This document shows, piece by piece, positions 1 through 8,830 of a stretch of DNA of 64,000 nucleotides. The notes under the pieces are model-generated. The model made no database searches. It worked only from the letters and a program-made list of their open reading frames with translations, and was not told the DNA's origin. The position numbers and the translations under genes were made by a program. How positions within the stretch are numbered: the first letter of the stretch is position 1; each line of letters begins with the position of its first letter. This stretch comes from an uncultured Gammaproteobacteria bacterium (lineage in GTDB: Bacteria > Patescibacteriota > Microgenomatia > Levybacterales > UBA12049): positions 141,210-205,209 of the forward strand of contig CAZDOJ010000001.1 of the NCBI GenBank assembly GCA_964507055.1. Reading direction: 5' to 3'.

Positions 1-152
1 TTGTTTCACATGTTTGGGATTATGATGCAGATGTTCTTCCAACAACAGTTGAAGTTCATATGAAGCATCTTCGTGATAAAGTCGATACACCTTTCGGTCA
101 TCGTTATATAAAAACAATCCGCGGCAGAGGGTATACTATAAATGAAGATTAA
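1..152 (+). CDS. OmpR-family response regulator, C-terminal winged-helix DNA-binding domain (5' truncated by window edge)
   Basis: Frame-3 translation ...VEVHMKHLRDKVDTPFGHRYIKTIRGRGYTINED* matches the Trans_reg_C end of OmpR/PhoB regulators; stop TAA at 150-152; directly followed by a histidine kinase gene. Confidence 0.6.
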   Translation, partial: VSHVWDYDADVLPTTVEVHMKHLRDKVDTPFGHRYIKTIRGRGYTINED

Positions 153-157
153 CTACC

Positions 158-1165
158 ATGTTTGAATCGGCCCGATTAAAGTTAACTGCCTGGTATTTAT
201 TGATAATCATGCTTATAAGCGTGTTTTTTAGTGTTGCTTTCTATCAATCATCAACGAGGGAAGTCCAAATACTTATTGATCGTATAAAGATGGATGAGCA
301 GAAATCAAAAGATAGATTGTTCATTTTTAGAGATAAACCTGCATTACCTTTTACAGTTGAAGACCTTGAAGCATCCAAACAACGCATTCTGATTAATCTT
401 ATTCTCATTGATGGAATTATTTTTGTATTTGCGGGAGCAGCAGGATATTTTCTTGCTGGGAGAACATTACGTCCAATTAAACTCATGATAGATGAACAGA
501 ATCAATTCATCTCAAGTTCTTCACATGAATTACGTACACCTATTACTTCAATGAGAGCTGAAATGGAGGGCAGTCTGATGGAAAAAAATATCTCAGACAA
601 ACAAGCTCGAGCATTAATTAGAAGCAATCTTGAAGAGTTGAGTGAATTACAAGAATTAACAAATAATTTATTACAACTTGCACAAGTTCATTCAATTCAA
701 TTAGAAAAACATAATGAAGACTTTTCTCTTAAAGATGTCCTATTATCTGTGCAAAAAAAAGTTACTCCACTTGCAAAGAAAAAAAATATTATCTGTGAAT
801 TTTTGTTAACTGATGTAACTATAACTGGGCAAGAAAAGAATATTCGTGAAGTATTTGTAATCCTTTTAGAAAATGCAATTAAGTACAGTCCCAATGGTAC
901 CCAAATAAAAGTTTCAACAAAGAAAACAAAAAATGCAGTTGAAGTTTCTGTAAAAGATAGAGGAATTGGTATAACGGCTACGGATCTACCAAGAATTTTT
1001 GAAAGATTTTATCGAGCCGACAAATCACGGCATAAAGAGGGTTATGGACTAGGCCTTTCAATTGCAAAGAAAATTGTTGATATACACAACGGCGTGATTA
1101 ATGTAAAAAGTACAGAAGGAAAAGGTTCCACATTCATCGTTACACTTCCTCGAAAAGTTGCTTAA
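158..1165 (+). CDS. Sensor histidine kinase (2 TM, short periplasmic loop, HisKA + HATPase_c)
   Basis: H-box SSSHELRTPIT, N/G boxes (DRGIGI, GYGLGLSIAKKIVDIHNG); two N-terminal TM helices; 4 nt after RR stop. Confidence 0.85.
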   Translation: MFESARLKLTAWYLLIIMLISVFFSVAFYQSSTREVQILIDRIKMDEQKSKDRLFIFRDKPALPFTVEDLEASKQRILINLILIDGIIFVFAGAAGYFLAGRTLRPIKLMIDEQNQFISSSSHELRTPITSMRAEMEGSLMEKNISDKQARALIRSNLEELSELQELTNNLLQLAQVHSIQLEKHNEDFSLKDVLLSVQKKVTPLAKKKNIICEFLLTDVTITGQEKNIREVFVILLENAIKYSPNGTQIKVSTKKTKNAVEVSVKDRGIGITATDLPRIFERFYRADKSRHKEGYGLGLSIAKKIVDIHNGVINVKSTEGKGSTFIVTLPRKVA

Positions 1166-1248
1166 GTTAGCAAACCTCAGCTAAAGCGTTTTTTAAGATA
1201 AGAACTATACAATTAACAAGTACTATATGAGAAAGGAGGTGAAATAAC

Positions 1249-1794
1249 TTGAAGAAAAAAGCAATGTTAACAGCAGCTGCAGTAACAGTCTTAGGAGCAG
1301 GAATTTTATCCGCATCAACTGCTTTTGCACAACAGAGTACGACTTCTGAACAAGATCCGATGTCATCACTCGTGCAGAAAATAGCGACGAAATTTAATCT
1401 CAGTCAAGACGACGTTCAAGCAGTTTTTGACGAAGAACATGAAGAACGTCATACGCAAATGGAAGCAAATTTTGAACAGCAACTTTCCCAATATGTTAGC
1501 GATGGAAAGATAACGGAGCAACAAAAGCAGCTTATTATTGAAAAGCGTAAAGAGATGGCATCTGAGCGTGAATCATCTAAAGATAATTTCAAAAATCTTT
1601 CAGAAGATGAAAGAAAGACACAAATGAACGCAAAGAAAACCGAACTCGAAGCATGGGCTAAAGAGAACGGCATAGATCTTCAATACTTAATGCCAAAAGG
1701 CGGTAGAGGAGGTCCAGGAATGGCAGGACATGGAGGTTTTGGTCAGGGCAAAGATGACCAACAATCAACAACTACTCCTACAATAACCCAATAA
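1249..1794 (+). CDS. Secreted LTXXQ-motif (CpxP/Spy-like) periplasmic protein with Gly-rich C-terminus
   Basis: TTG start with AGGAGGT SD; signal peptide MKKKAMLTAAAVTVLGAGILSASTAFAQQ; helical, charged repeats incl. ITEQQKQLIIEKRKE resembling LTXXQ motifs of CpxP/Spy; downstream of RR-HK pair. Confidence 0.5.
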   Translation: MKKKAMLTAAAVTVLGAGILSASTAFAQQSTTSEQDPMSSLVQKIATKFNLSQDDVQAVFDEEHEERHTQMEANFEQQLSQYVSDGKITEQQKQLIIEKRKEMASERESSKDNFKNLSEDERKTQMNAKKTELEAWAKENGIDLQYLMPKGGRGGPGMAGHGGFGQGKDDQQSTTTPTITQ

Positions 1795-1820
1795 GAGAAG
1801 TTCTTAGGGGAAACTTCAGG

Positions 1821-1850
1821 CAGCTCTCGGCAACTACCGGGAGCTGTTTT
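1821..1850 (+). terminator. Rho-independent terminator after RR-HK-CpxP-like unit
   Basis: 10-bp stem CAGCTCTCGG/CCGGGAGCTG (one G.U) with 6-nt loop followed by TTTT. Confidence 0.5.
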
Positions 1851-1856
1851 CGTGGA

Positions 1857-3335
1857 ATGTTATACTTTATAATATCAATGAAGATGAGTTTCCTAAAAAA
1901 ATTTAAAAGTAATAAGGTAATTCCCAATTTGGTTGTTGTTATCTGTCTTACTTTTTTTATAGCATATTCAGTCCTCTCCGTTGTCCGCCATGCTAATTAT
2001 CAATCTTTTGGATACGATTTAGGCATTAATAATCAAGTCGTGTGGCGGTATAGTACCTTTCAACCTCCAATTACCACATCTGATCCTTTCCCCGGAGAGG
2101 TAAAGCTTGTAACACATGTTGAATTTGTATATGCATTGCTTGCACCTTTTTACTGGATCTGGAGTACTGCACGGATGTTACTTATTGTAGATGCTTTGCT
2201 TATTAGTGCATCTGCGTTTGCTATTTATTTACTTGCAAAGAAACACAAATTACATCCAAGTTTGTGTGTTGCGTTACCATTTTCTTATCTCATGTTCTAT
2301 GGCATACAAAATGCAATGTGGTTTGATGTGCATAGTTCAAGTTTTGCTGCAGGATTTCTCGCATGGTTTTTATATTTTATTGACAGTAAAAAATATAAAT
2401 TGTCTTGGATTTTTCTTATTCTTGCAATGACCTCAAAAGAGAATATCGGGTTACTCACTTTACTTATTTGTGGAATATACATTTTCAAATATCGAGCGAA
2501 ACAGATCATTTGGATGGCAGTTTTTTCACTAGTTTACTTACTGTTTATCTATCTTGTTTATTTTCCATATATAGTTCAAAAAGAGTACTTATATCAGAAT
2601 CATCAAGGATTACTTTCAAATCTTAATCCAATGAGCATGGTAGACTCTACGGAAAAAAGAGAAGCACTATTCTATACCTTTGCATCTTTTGGTTTTCTTC
2701 CTATTTTGCTCCCAATCTATTTGTTGCCTGCAATTGGTGACTTTGCGACATACTTCATTCTTGCGAGCGATTTAACAGCGTCACATGGAATTTATATGCA
2801 TTATAGAGTTACACTCGCTCCACTTATTGCTTGGGTACTGGTTCTTGTTCTGTCTCGATATAGAATTTTAAATAGTAAATATATTGCAGCCTATCTTATA
2901 ATCTCTGCACTTGTGGTTCAGTATATGCTACATTTACCTTTAAGTTATCTCACAAAATCTTGGTTTTGGACACCTGCAAGTGGAGTTGTCCATATAGATC
3001 AAATTAAGCATATGCTTCCTAACAACGCTGCGGTGGTTGCACAGAATAATATAATTCCTCATATTAGTCAGAGGGATCAGATTTATACTTTGTACCCTGA
3101 AAAGAAAAAGTTTTTGCTTAAAGATTCTCCATGTGGTGCAGAAATTTGCGATTGGTTTCGATGGGAAGGAAAGCCTGAATTTCTTTTTGTAGATACATCG
3201 CCGGAATGGGATGCGAGACATTTATTAATAGATAGAGAATCATATATTAAAGGTCTCGAGAATATGAAGGCTAAAAATATTATTGATGAGTATCAGATTG
3301 ATGGTAGTGCAGTACTTTATAAAATAAATTACTAG
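1857..3335 (+). CDS. Polytopic membrane protein, DUF2079-like (GT-C-fold-like putative glycosyltransferase)
   Basis: ~12 predicted TM segments, N-proximal DLGINNQVVWRY motif, large C-terminal soluble domain; resembles DUF2079 predicted membrane proteins. Confidence 0.5.
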   Translation: MLYFIISMKMSFLKKFKSNKVIPNLVVVICLTFFIAYSVLSVVRHANYQSFGYDLGINNQVVWRYSTFQPPITTSDPFPGEVKLVTHVEFVYALLAPFYWIWSTARMLLIVDALLISASAFAIYLLAKKHKLHPSLCVALPFSYLMFYGIQNAMWFDVHSSSFAAGFLAWFLYFIDSKKYKLSWIFLILAMTSKENIGLLTLLICGIYIFKYRAKQIIWMAVFSLVYLLFIYLVYFPYIVQKEYLYQNHQGLLSNLNPMSMVDSTEKREALFYTFASFGFLPILLPIYLLPAIGDFATYFILASDLTASHGIYMHYRVTLAPLIAWVLVLVLSRYRILNSKYIAAYLIISALVVQYMLHLPLSYLTKSWFWTPASGVVHIDQIKHMLPNNAAVVAQNNIIPHISQRDQIYTLYPEKKKFLLKDSPCGAEICDWFRWEGKPEFLFVDTSPEWDARHLLIDRESYIKGLENMKAKNIIDEYQIDGSAVLYKINY

Positions 3336-3374
3336 TTTTATTTTTTAAGTTTAACGTGCTATACTGACCTCAAC

Positions 3375-3893
3375 ATGGACTTCTCTTTCAAAACAGTTAT
3401 TGGAATTATCTTTATCCTCATCGGGCTTAGTATCATTTTTAATTTTAATATCGGCAAATATCTCTTCCCAGCATTCTTGATAATTTTGGGTATTAGCATG
3501 CTCTTTGGATCAAATGGCTTACATGGAATGGGGAAGCAAAGTTCCACAAACCAAGCAGTTCTTAATGAATCAGCTGCTTTTAGTTCAGTAAATAAAAAGG
3601 TGGAAACAACGGACTTCAAAGGTGGCAAAATTGATGCAGTATTTGGTGGTGGCGAAATAGATCTCCGGAAAGCAAAGATTGCAAAAGGTGGAACTGTTGA
3701 TCTCGAGGTAAATGCAGTGTTTGGCGGAGTTAAGATTATCGTCCCAGAAAATTGGACTGTGAATAGCAGTGTAGTCGGAGTATTTGGGGGATTTGAAAAT
3801 GAAACAAAATTACCTTCTTCTGGAAAAGAGCAGGGGAGACTAAATCTTAAAGGGGCCGCTGTTTTCGGCGGTGGTTCTGTAGCAAATAAATAA
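3375..3893 (+). CDS. LiaF-like/DUF2154-like membrane protein with repeated AVFGG beta-strand motif
   Basis: Two N-terminal TM helices then 4 copies of (A/G)VFGG(G/V) motif typical of LiaF C-terminal / cell-wall-active antibiotic response domains. Confidence 0.45.
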   Translation: MDFSFKTVIGIIFILIGLSIIFNFNIGKYLFPAFLIILGISMLFGSNGLHGMGKQSSTNQAVLNESAAFSSVNKKVETTDFKGGKIDAVFGGGEIDLRKAKIAKGGTVDLEVNAVFGGVKIIVPENWTVNSSVVGVFGGFENETKLPSSGKEQGRLNLKGAAVFGGGSVANK

Positions 3894-3894
3894 T

Positions 3895-4299
3895 ATGGCA
3901 AAACAAACAATCACAGGATTTGGAGGATTTTTTTTCAGATCAAAAGATCCTGAAAAGCTCAGCAAATGGTATGAAGATAATTTTGGAATTAATGCTATAA
4001 ATAGCACAGAGGTTTGGATGCAGCAAAGCGGTCCAACTGTTTTTGCTCCTTTTCCAGAAGACACAGATTACTTTGGTTCTATGCACCAGCAAGCGATGCT
4101 TAATTTCCGAGTGAATAATTTGGAAGCAATGCTTGATCAATTGAAAGAGAACAATGTAAAGATTGATGAAAAAAGAACAGAAGACTCTGTAGGGAAATTT
4201 GCATCTGTTTATGATCCTGAAGGGAATAAAATAGAATTATGGGAACCTGCAGCAAATTGGCAGGATGCTCACCAAAAGAACGATTCTTCCCAAAAGTAA
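3895..4299 (+). CDS. VOC (glyoxalase/bleomycin-resistance fold) family protein
   Basis: FGGFFFRSKDPEKLSKWYEDNFG ... VYDPEGNKIELWEP is the typical VOC pattern. Confidence 0.6.
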   Translation: MAKQTITGFGGFFFRSKDPEKLSKWYEDNFGINAINSTEVWMQQSGPTVFAPFPEDTDYFGSMHQQAMLNFRVNNLEAMLDQLKENNVKIDEKRTEDSVGKFASVYDPEGNKIELWEPAANWQDAHQKNDSSQK

Positions 4300-4305
4300 G
4301 GCTGA

Positions 4306-4638
4306 CTATTTACTTTTTTTCTTCTTCGGTTGAGGCATAGGTAACTCCGCAGCCGTTTCAGCAATGAGTCTAGTCAAATACTCTCTGTCATCCCAAAAGT
4401 CTTCTGAAATAAGGAAATATAATTTGGCTCCAGGGTAAGGTGGAGCTTCTTGAAGTTCTTCGATAAGAGATTTACCTCGCTCCGTGGGTTTAACAAATAG
4501 CTGGTCGTCACAAATCAATGCTACTACTTTTTCATCACAGTAAATAGCATACTCTCCAAACATCTTTCGAAAGCGCATATTGCCTGCTTGCGTCATTTGT
4601 TCTACAAGAAATTCTACGGTAGATTGTTTGGATGCCAT
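4306..4638 (-). CDS. TfoX N-terminal domain protein (competence regulator TfoX/Sxy N-domain family)
   Basis: MFGEYAIYCDEKVVALICDDQLFVKPTE... matches the TfoX_N fold signature (MFGGxxxY..gk.fali.dd.Ly.K). Confidence 0.6.
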   Translation of the reverse strand: MASKQSTVEFLVEQMTQAGNMRFRKMFGEYAIYCDEKVVALICDDQLFVKPTERGKSLIEELQEAPPYPGAKLYFLISEDFWDDREYLTRLIAETAAELPMPQPKKKKSK

Positions 4639-4705
4639 AGATTCAGTATACTCTAGTTATAGATATTTGTAGAATAATTGACGCACTTGTGATATCTTAC
4701 CTAGT

Positions 4706-5149
4706 ATGAATATAAAATCCTCAAAGAATACCCGATTAATTCTCATAGTTATGATCCTCGCTCTTTTTGTGGGAGTTTTGCTCTATATAAATAATTCGTC
4801 CAAACCAGGAACAAATACTGCGAATACATCTGTTCCAACATTAGCACCAACACAAAAAGTTGAGGATGGTATCCCACAAGCAACATCATTAGAGGGAAAA
4901 GTACTCTGTTTGCCGCATAAAGATACTAGTGGCCCCCAAACTCTAGAATGTGCATTTGGGATGCAGACAGATGATGGGAAAAATTATGCTTTGGATGCGG
5001 GGTCGATAAACCCATTGCCTTATAACACTGGAGATCGTATTCGTGCAAATGGTACAGTTACGCCAATTGAAGCATTAAGTAGTGACCATTGGCAGAAGTA
5101 TGATATTGTAGGTATCTTCTCTATAAAAGATTCTTTGGAAGTACTTTAG
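4706..5149 (+). CDS. Hypothetical exported protein (N-terminal signal anchor, 2 Cys)
   Basis: ORF with N-terminal TM/signal, Thr/Pro-rich linker; no recognisable domain. Confidence 0.4.
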   Translation: MNIKSSKNTRLILIVMILALFVGVLLYINNSSKPGTNTANTSVPTLAPTQKVEDGIPQATSLEGKVLCLPHKDTSGPQTLECAFGMQTDDGKNYALDAGSINPLPYNTGDRIRANGTVTPIEALSSDHWQKYDIVGIFSIKDSLEVL

Positions 5150-5187
5150 TCGCACTTTTTGTATTATCTTCGTTTATACTTTTTACT

Positions 5188-6204
5188 ATGACTCGAATAA
5201 TGAAAAAAATCACGACAATTTCTGCATTAACGGTTTTGATTACCGTATTTTTTACTGCACTCAGTGCAGTGCTTTTTACTGTTAATAATCCACGTTCTGT
5301 AATTGAGCTTATAGAACCTCTTGTCCCGACAGTTACACCCGCACCCATTCATATGAAAGGTATTGCGATACTTGGAGATAGTCAATCGGATGAATATAGA
5401 GCGGATGATAACAGAGGCTACAACTATCCTGCCTCGACATTAAATTGGGTTGAAATTCTGCATAATGAGCGTAAAGTAAACTTTGGTAAATGGGGAGTTT
5501 GGGGTGAGCCAAGAAGAACAGGATACGAGTATAATTGGGCAAGAACAGGAAATACCACAGCAGCGATGATTGAAAGTGATCATCCGAGTGGCGTTGCTCA
5601 GCAAATAAAAGAAGGTAAAGTAAATGTTGTCGTAATATTTATTGGAGCAAATGATTTTGCTCCTTATATTTTGCCAGATGGATATGATGCTATTTACAAT
5701 GAGCAACTTTCAGAGTCTGCAAAGAAACGAAAAGTGAATCGTGTGGTTGCTGATATCAAAACAGCAGTATATACAATTAAGGATGCCGGAGATGCACGAA
5801 TATTGCTTGTTAAGATCCCGGATTGGGGGCAGCATGTTGGTGTGCAAGTCGCATTTCCATTTCCTGATCAACGAGCTGAAGTAAGTGCAGTTATTAATGA
5901 TGTCAATCAAGAATTGGATAAATTAGCACAAGATGAGAATTTACTAACCCTTGATCCGAATGCCTTTTATAGTGATCTTGTTTATAAAAATGAAAATAAA
6001 AAAACTACAATTGATGGCGTAACTTTAGAACGATTGTTGTTAAACAACAATCCAAAGAATTTTTATCTCGAAGATGGTGTGCATACGGGGACTGTTGTAA
6101 ATGGATTGCTTGCAAATGAAATATTGAAAAAGATCAATGTAATGATTGATAATGATGTGCCACTTTTGACACAAAAAGAAATAAGGCAGACTGCGGGTTT
6201 ATAA
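5188..6204 (+). CDS. SGNH/GDSL-family hydrolase (esterase/lipase), exported
   Basis: N-terminal TM; block I GDSQSD, block III GANDF, block V DGVHTG. Confidence 0.7.
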   Translation: MTRIMKKITTISALTVLITVFFTALSAVLFTVNNPRSVIELIEPLVPTVTPAPIHMKGIAILGDSQSDEYRADDNRGYNYPASTLNWVEILHNERKVNFGKWGVWGEPRRTGYEYNWARTGNTTAAMIESDHPSGVAQQIKEGKVNVVVIFIGANDFAPYILPDGYDAIYNEQLSESAKKRKVNRVVADIKTAVYTIKDAGDARILLVKIPDWGQHVGVQVAFPFPDQRAEVSAVINDVNQELDKLAQDENLLTLDPNAFYSDLVYKNENKKTTIDGVTLERLLLNNNPKNFYLEDGVHTGTVVNGLLANEILKKINVMIDNDVPLLTQKEIRQTAGL

Positions 6205-6225
6205 TTTAAAAAAGGAGGTGATGAT

Positions 6226-6489
6226 ATGGACAAAAAGAAAAACACAACTGATCTTGAAGTGAGTATTAATTTTGATACAACACCTATTCTGTATACAGAC
6301 AGTATTTCAATGACATCAAATGAAGATGGAATAGTACTTGATGTTATGCAAAGAGTAGGAAGTACAAATAAAGTACGAGTGGTTTCGCGAATTGGGATGA
6401 GTAGAACACATGCAAAGAAGTTTATAAAAGAATGTGGAAATCTACTGGCAATAACTGAAGGTCAGAAGCAAACAGCAAAAACCAATTAA
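6226..6489 (+). CDS. Small hypothetical protein (possibly DUF3467-like)
   Basis: Strong SD AAGGAGGTGATGAT-ATG; 87 aa, no TM. Confidence 0.45.
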   Translation: MDKKKNTTDLEVSINFDTTPILYTDSISMTSNEDGIVLDVMQRVGSTNKVRVVSRIGMSRTHAKKFIKECGNLLAITEGQKQTAKTN

Positions 6490-6548
6490 CTGGAGCATTG
6501 ACTTAGTAGTCTTACTAAATAATAATTAGGGAAGCATATACCCTTTTT

Positions 6549-8276
6549 ATGGAAATTCTGTTGTTATTCGCATTTATATCTGGTTTGGTCACTATTTTTG
6601 CACCATGTATTTGGCCTCTTCTTCCAATTATTTTATCTGCTAGTTCTAGTGGGGGACATAAAAAACCCCTTGGTATAACGCTTGGTATTGTTATCAGTTT
6701 TGCAGTGATAACTTTAACAATTTCATATATCGTTAAAATAATTCCTTTTGATCCCGAAGTCCTTCGTTATATTGCCGTTATAATTATTGGCGTACTGGGT
6801 TTATCATTGGTTATTCCTGCTTTATCTCAGAAACTTGAAGGTGCTGTCAGTCGATTGAGTGGGAAGCTCGGTTTAATTTCTGATCCAAAGAAAACAGGTT
6901 TCTGGTCAGGTTTTGTTACAGGTTTTGCGTTAGGTGTTGTGTGGACTCCTTGTGCTGGACCAATCCTTGCAACGATCGCGACATTAGCAGCAACACAGGC
7001 TGTGAGTTTTAACGTCATTCTTGTGACAATAGTCTATGTCATTGGGGTAGGAATTCCACTCTTTTTATTCGCAACAGCTGGGAGTGCATTATTTACGAGA
7101 AGTCGATTTCTATCTAAATATACAGGAAGAATCCAACAAGTTTTTGGAGTGATTATGATTCTTACTGCAGTTGCAATTGCTACTGGATATGATAAGACAC
7201 TTCAAGTAAAACTCCTCAATGCCTTTCCATCGTATGGACAGTTTTTAACAGATCTAGAAAGTAATGATGCAGTTACAAAACAACTCAATTCGTTGAAAGG
7301 CTCAAGTCAATCAAATAATGCTGTCCAGGTTGTCAGTGATCAAGGAGAACCGGCACCAGAGTTTGTTGGAATTACGAAATGGCTTAACACGAATGAAAAG
7401 CCACTCACAATGAATGAATTGAGAGGCAAAGTAGTTTTGATAGATTTCTGGACATATACATGTATTAATTGTATTCGAACATTGCCATATGTGACTGGCT
7501 GGTATGAAAAATACAAAGATGATGGATTTGTTGTGGTAGGTGTGCATGCACCTGAATTCGAATTTGAGAAAGATACAGATAATGTTTTAGAAGCGATTAA
7601 GCGTTACAACATAAAGTATCCTGTTGCTCAAGACAATAATTTTGATACATGGAAAGCTTACAATAATCAATACTGGCCGGCAAAATTTCTTATCGACGCG
7701 GATGGAAAAATACGATACTCACACTTTGGAGAAGGGGAGTATGAAAAGACTGAACAAGCGATTCAACAGTTGCTGCAAGAAAATGGAAAAAAAGTTAATA
7801 CAAAAATAGAAAAAGCAGAGAGCTCTTCATATTCAAATCAGATGTCTCCCGAAACATATTTTGGTTCAGATAGGATGCTTTATTATGTGACACAAGGTAA
7901 GGTTGCAAATGGATCACAAAATTTTACATTACAAAAAACACTTCCAAACAATAGATTCTCTTTTGGTGGTCAATGGAATATTACGGATCAGTATGCAGAA
8001 GCACAATCAATTTCAGCTTTAACATATAAGTTTACAGCAAAGAAAGTATTTATCGTTTTGAAAAAAGGTACTTCGATAAATGGAACATTTCGAGTTCTTG
8101 TTGATGGAAAAGTTGTGAGCAAAGATATTGCAGGTGCTGATGTGAAGAATGGGATAGTTTCTGTGGAAGCGGACAGGCTTTATGAGCTTGTAAATCTCAA
8201 AGACATGGGGACTCATCTTTTGGAACTTCAATTTCTCCAACCAGGAATTCAGGTCTACACATTTACTTTTGGTTAA
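6549..8276 (+). CDS. DipZ-like thiol:disulfide interchange protein: CcdA/DsbD transmembrane domain fused to thioredoxin-like (TlpA/redoxin, CxxC) domain plus C-terminal domain
   Basis: N-terminal 6-8 TM with paired Cys (FAPCIWPL, WTPCAGP) typical of CcdA; WTYTCINC thioredoxin CXXC motif with AhpC/TSA-like flanks. Confidence 0.7.
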   Translation: MEILLLFAFISGLVTIFAPCIWPLLPIILSASSSGGHKKPLGITLGIVISFAVITLTISYIVKIIPFDPEVLRYIAVIIIGVLGLSLVIPALSQKLEGAVSRLSGKLGLISDPKKTGFWSGFVTGFALGVVWTPCAGPILATIATLAATQAVSFNVILVTIVYVIGVGIPLFLFATAGSALFTRSRFLSKYTGRIQQVFGVIMILTAVAIATGYDKTLQVKLLNAFPSYGQFLTDLESNDAVTKQLNSLKGSSQSNNAVQVVSDQGEPAPEFVGITKWLNTNEKPLTMNELRGKVVLIDFWTYTCINCIRTLPYVTGWYEKYKDDGFVVVGVHAPEFEFEKDTDNVLEAIKRYNIKYPVAQDNNFDTWKAYNNQYWPAKFLIDADGKIRYSHFGEGEYEKTEQAIQQLLQENGKKVNTKIEKAESSSYSNQMSPETYFGSDRMLYYVTQGKVANGSQNFTLQKTLPNNRFSFGGQWNITDQYAEAQSISALTYKFTAKKVFIVLKKGTSINGTFRVLVDGKVVSKDIAGADVKNGIVSVEADRLYELVNLKDMGTHLLELQFLQPGIQVYTFTFG

Positions 8277-8301
8277 TTTTTTCTAGTGTTATAATAACCT
8301 C

Positions 8302-8820
8302 ATGAAAAAGAAGCTTCTTATTATATTTTCTATACTTATTGTTCTTGTTGCTGCAGCTATTATCGTACTCCCACAAACTGTCTTTAAGCCCGCACCAATC
8401 CATATTCATGCAGGTTTTCAAGTCTATAATAATGAAAAACTCCAAGACTTTTCGGATTTTAAATATATGCATGAGATGCCATGTACTGTTAATGGTAAAC
8501 CGATTGAAGGTGCTCACCCTGATGAACAATTGGAGCGTGCACATCTTCATGACCAAAATGGTGATGTCGTCCATGTCCATAGAAAAGGTGCAACGTGGAA
8601 AGATCTTTTTACAAATATTAAATATCCAATCGATCAAAATGCAGTTGCTTATGACAATGGAAAGAAGATTGATAACTTTCTAAACACGGAAATAAAACCA
8701 TATGAAAGTCTCGTAATCTTTGAAGGAAATCATAAAGATGATCAAAAATATTTAAAAAAGGCAGTTACAAAAGATCGCATACGAGAAGTAGAAAAGGGAA
8801 GTGAAACTTGCAGTTCTTAG
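8302..8820 (+). CDS. Hypothetical membrane-anchored His-rich protein
   Basis: N-terminal TM; HIHAGF...YMHEMPC...AHLHDQNGDVVHVH His cluster (possible metal binding); immediately downstream of DipZ-like gene. Confidence 0.45.
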   Translation: MKKKLLIIFSILIVLVAAAIIVLPQTVFKPAPIHIHAGFQVYNNEKLQDFSDFKYMHEMPCTVNGKPIEGAHPDEQLERAHLHDQNGDVVHVHRKGATWKDLFTNIKYPIDQNAVAYDNGKKIDNFLNTEIKPYESLVIFEGNHKDDQKYLKKAVTKDRIREVEKGSETCSS

Positions 8821-8830
8821 TTTTACTTCA

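Noticed and set aside
244-486. Many antisense or overlapping ORFs in the six-frame track, for example 244-486, 3359-3910, 9940-10155, 20395-20947, 21294-21935, 28085-29161, 33486-34169, 48697-49014
   Set aside because: Each lies wholly inside a longer ORF with clear homology or motif support on the opposite strand or another frame. Their composition is biased (shadow ORFs, especially in the higher-GC genes). Not reported as genes.
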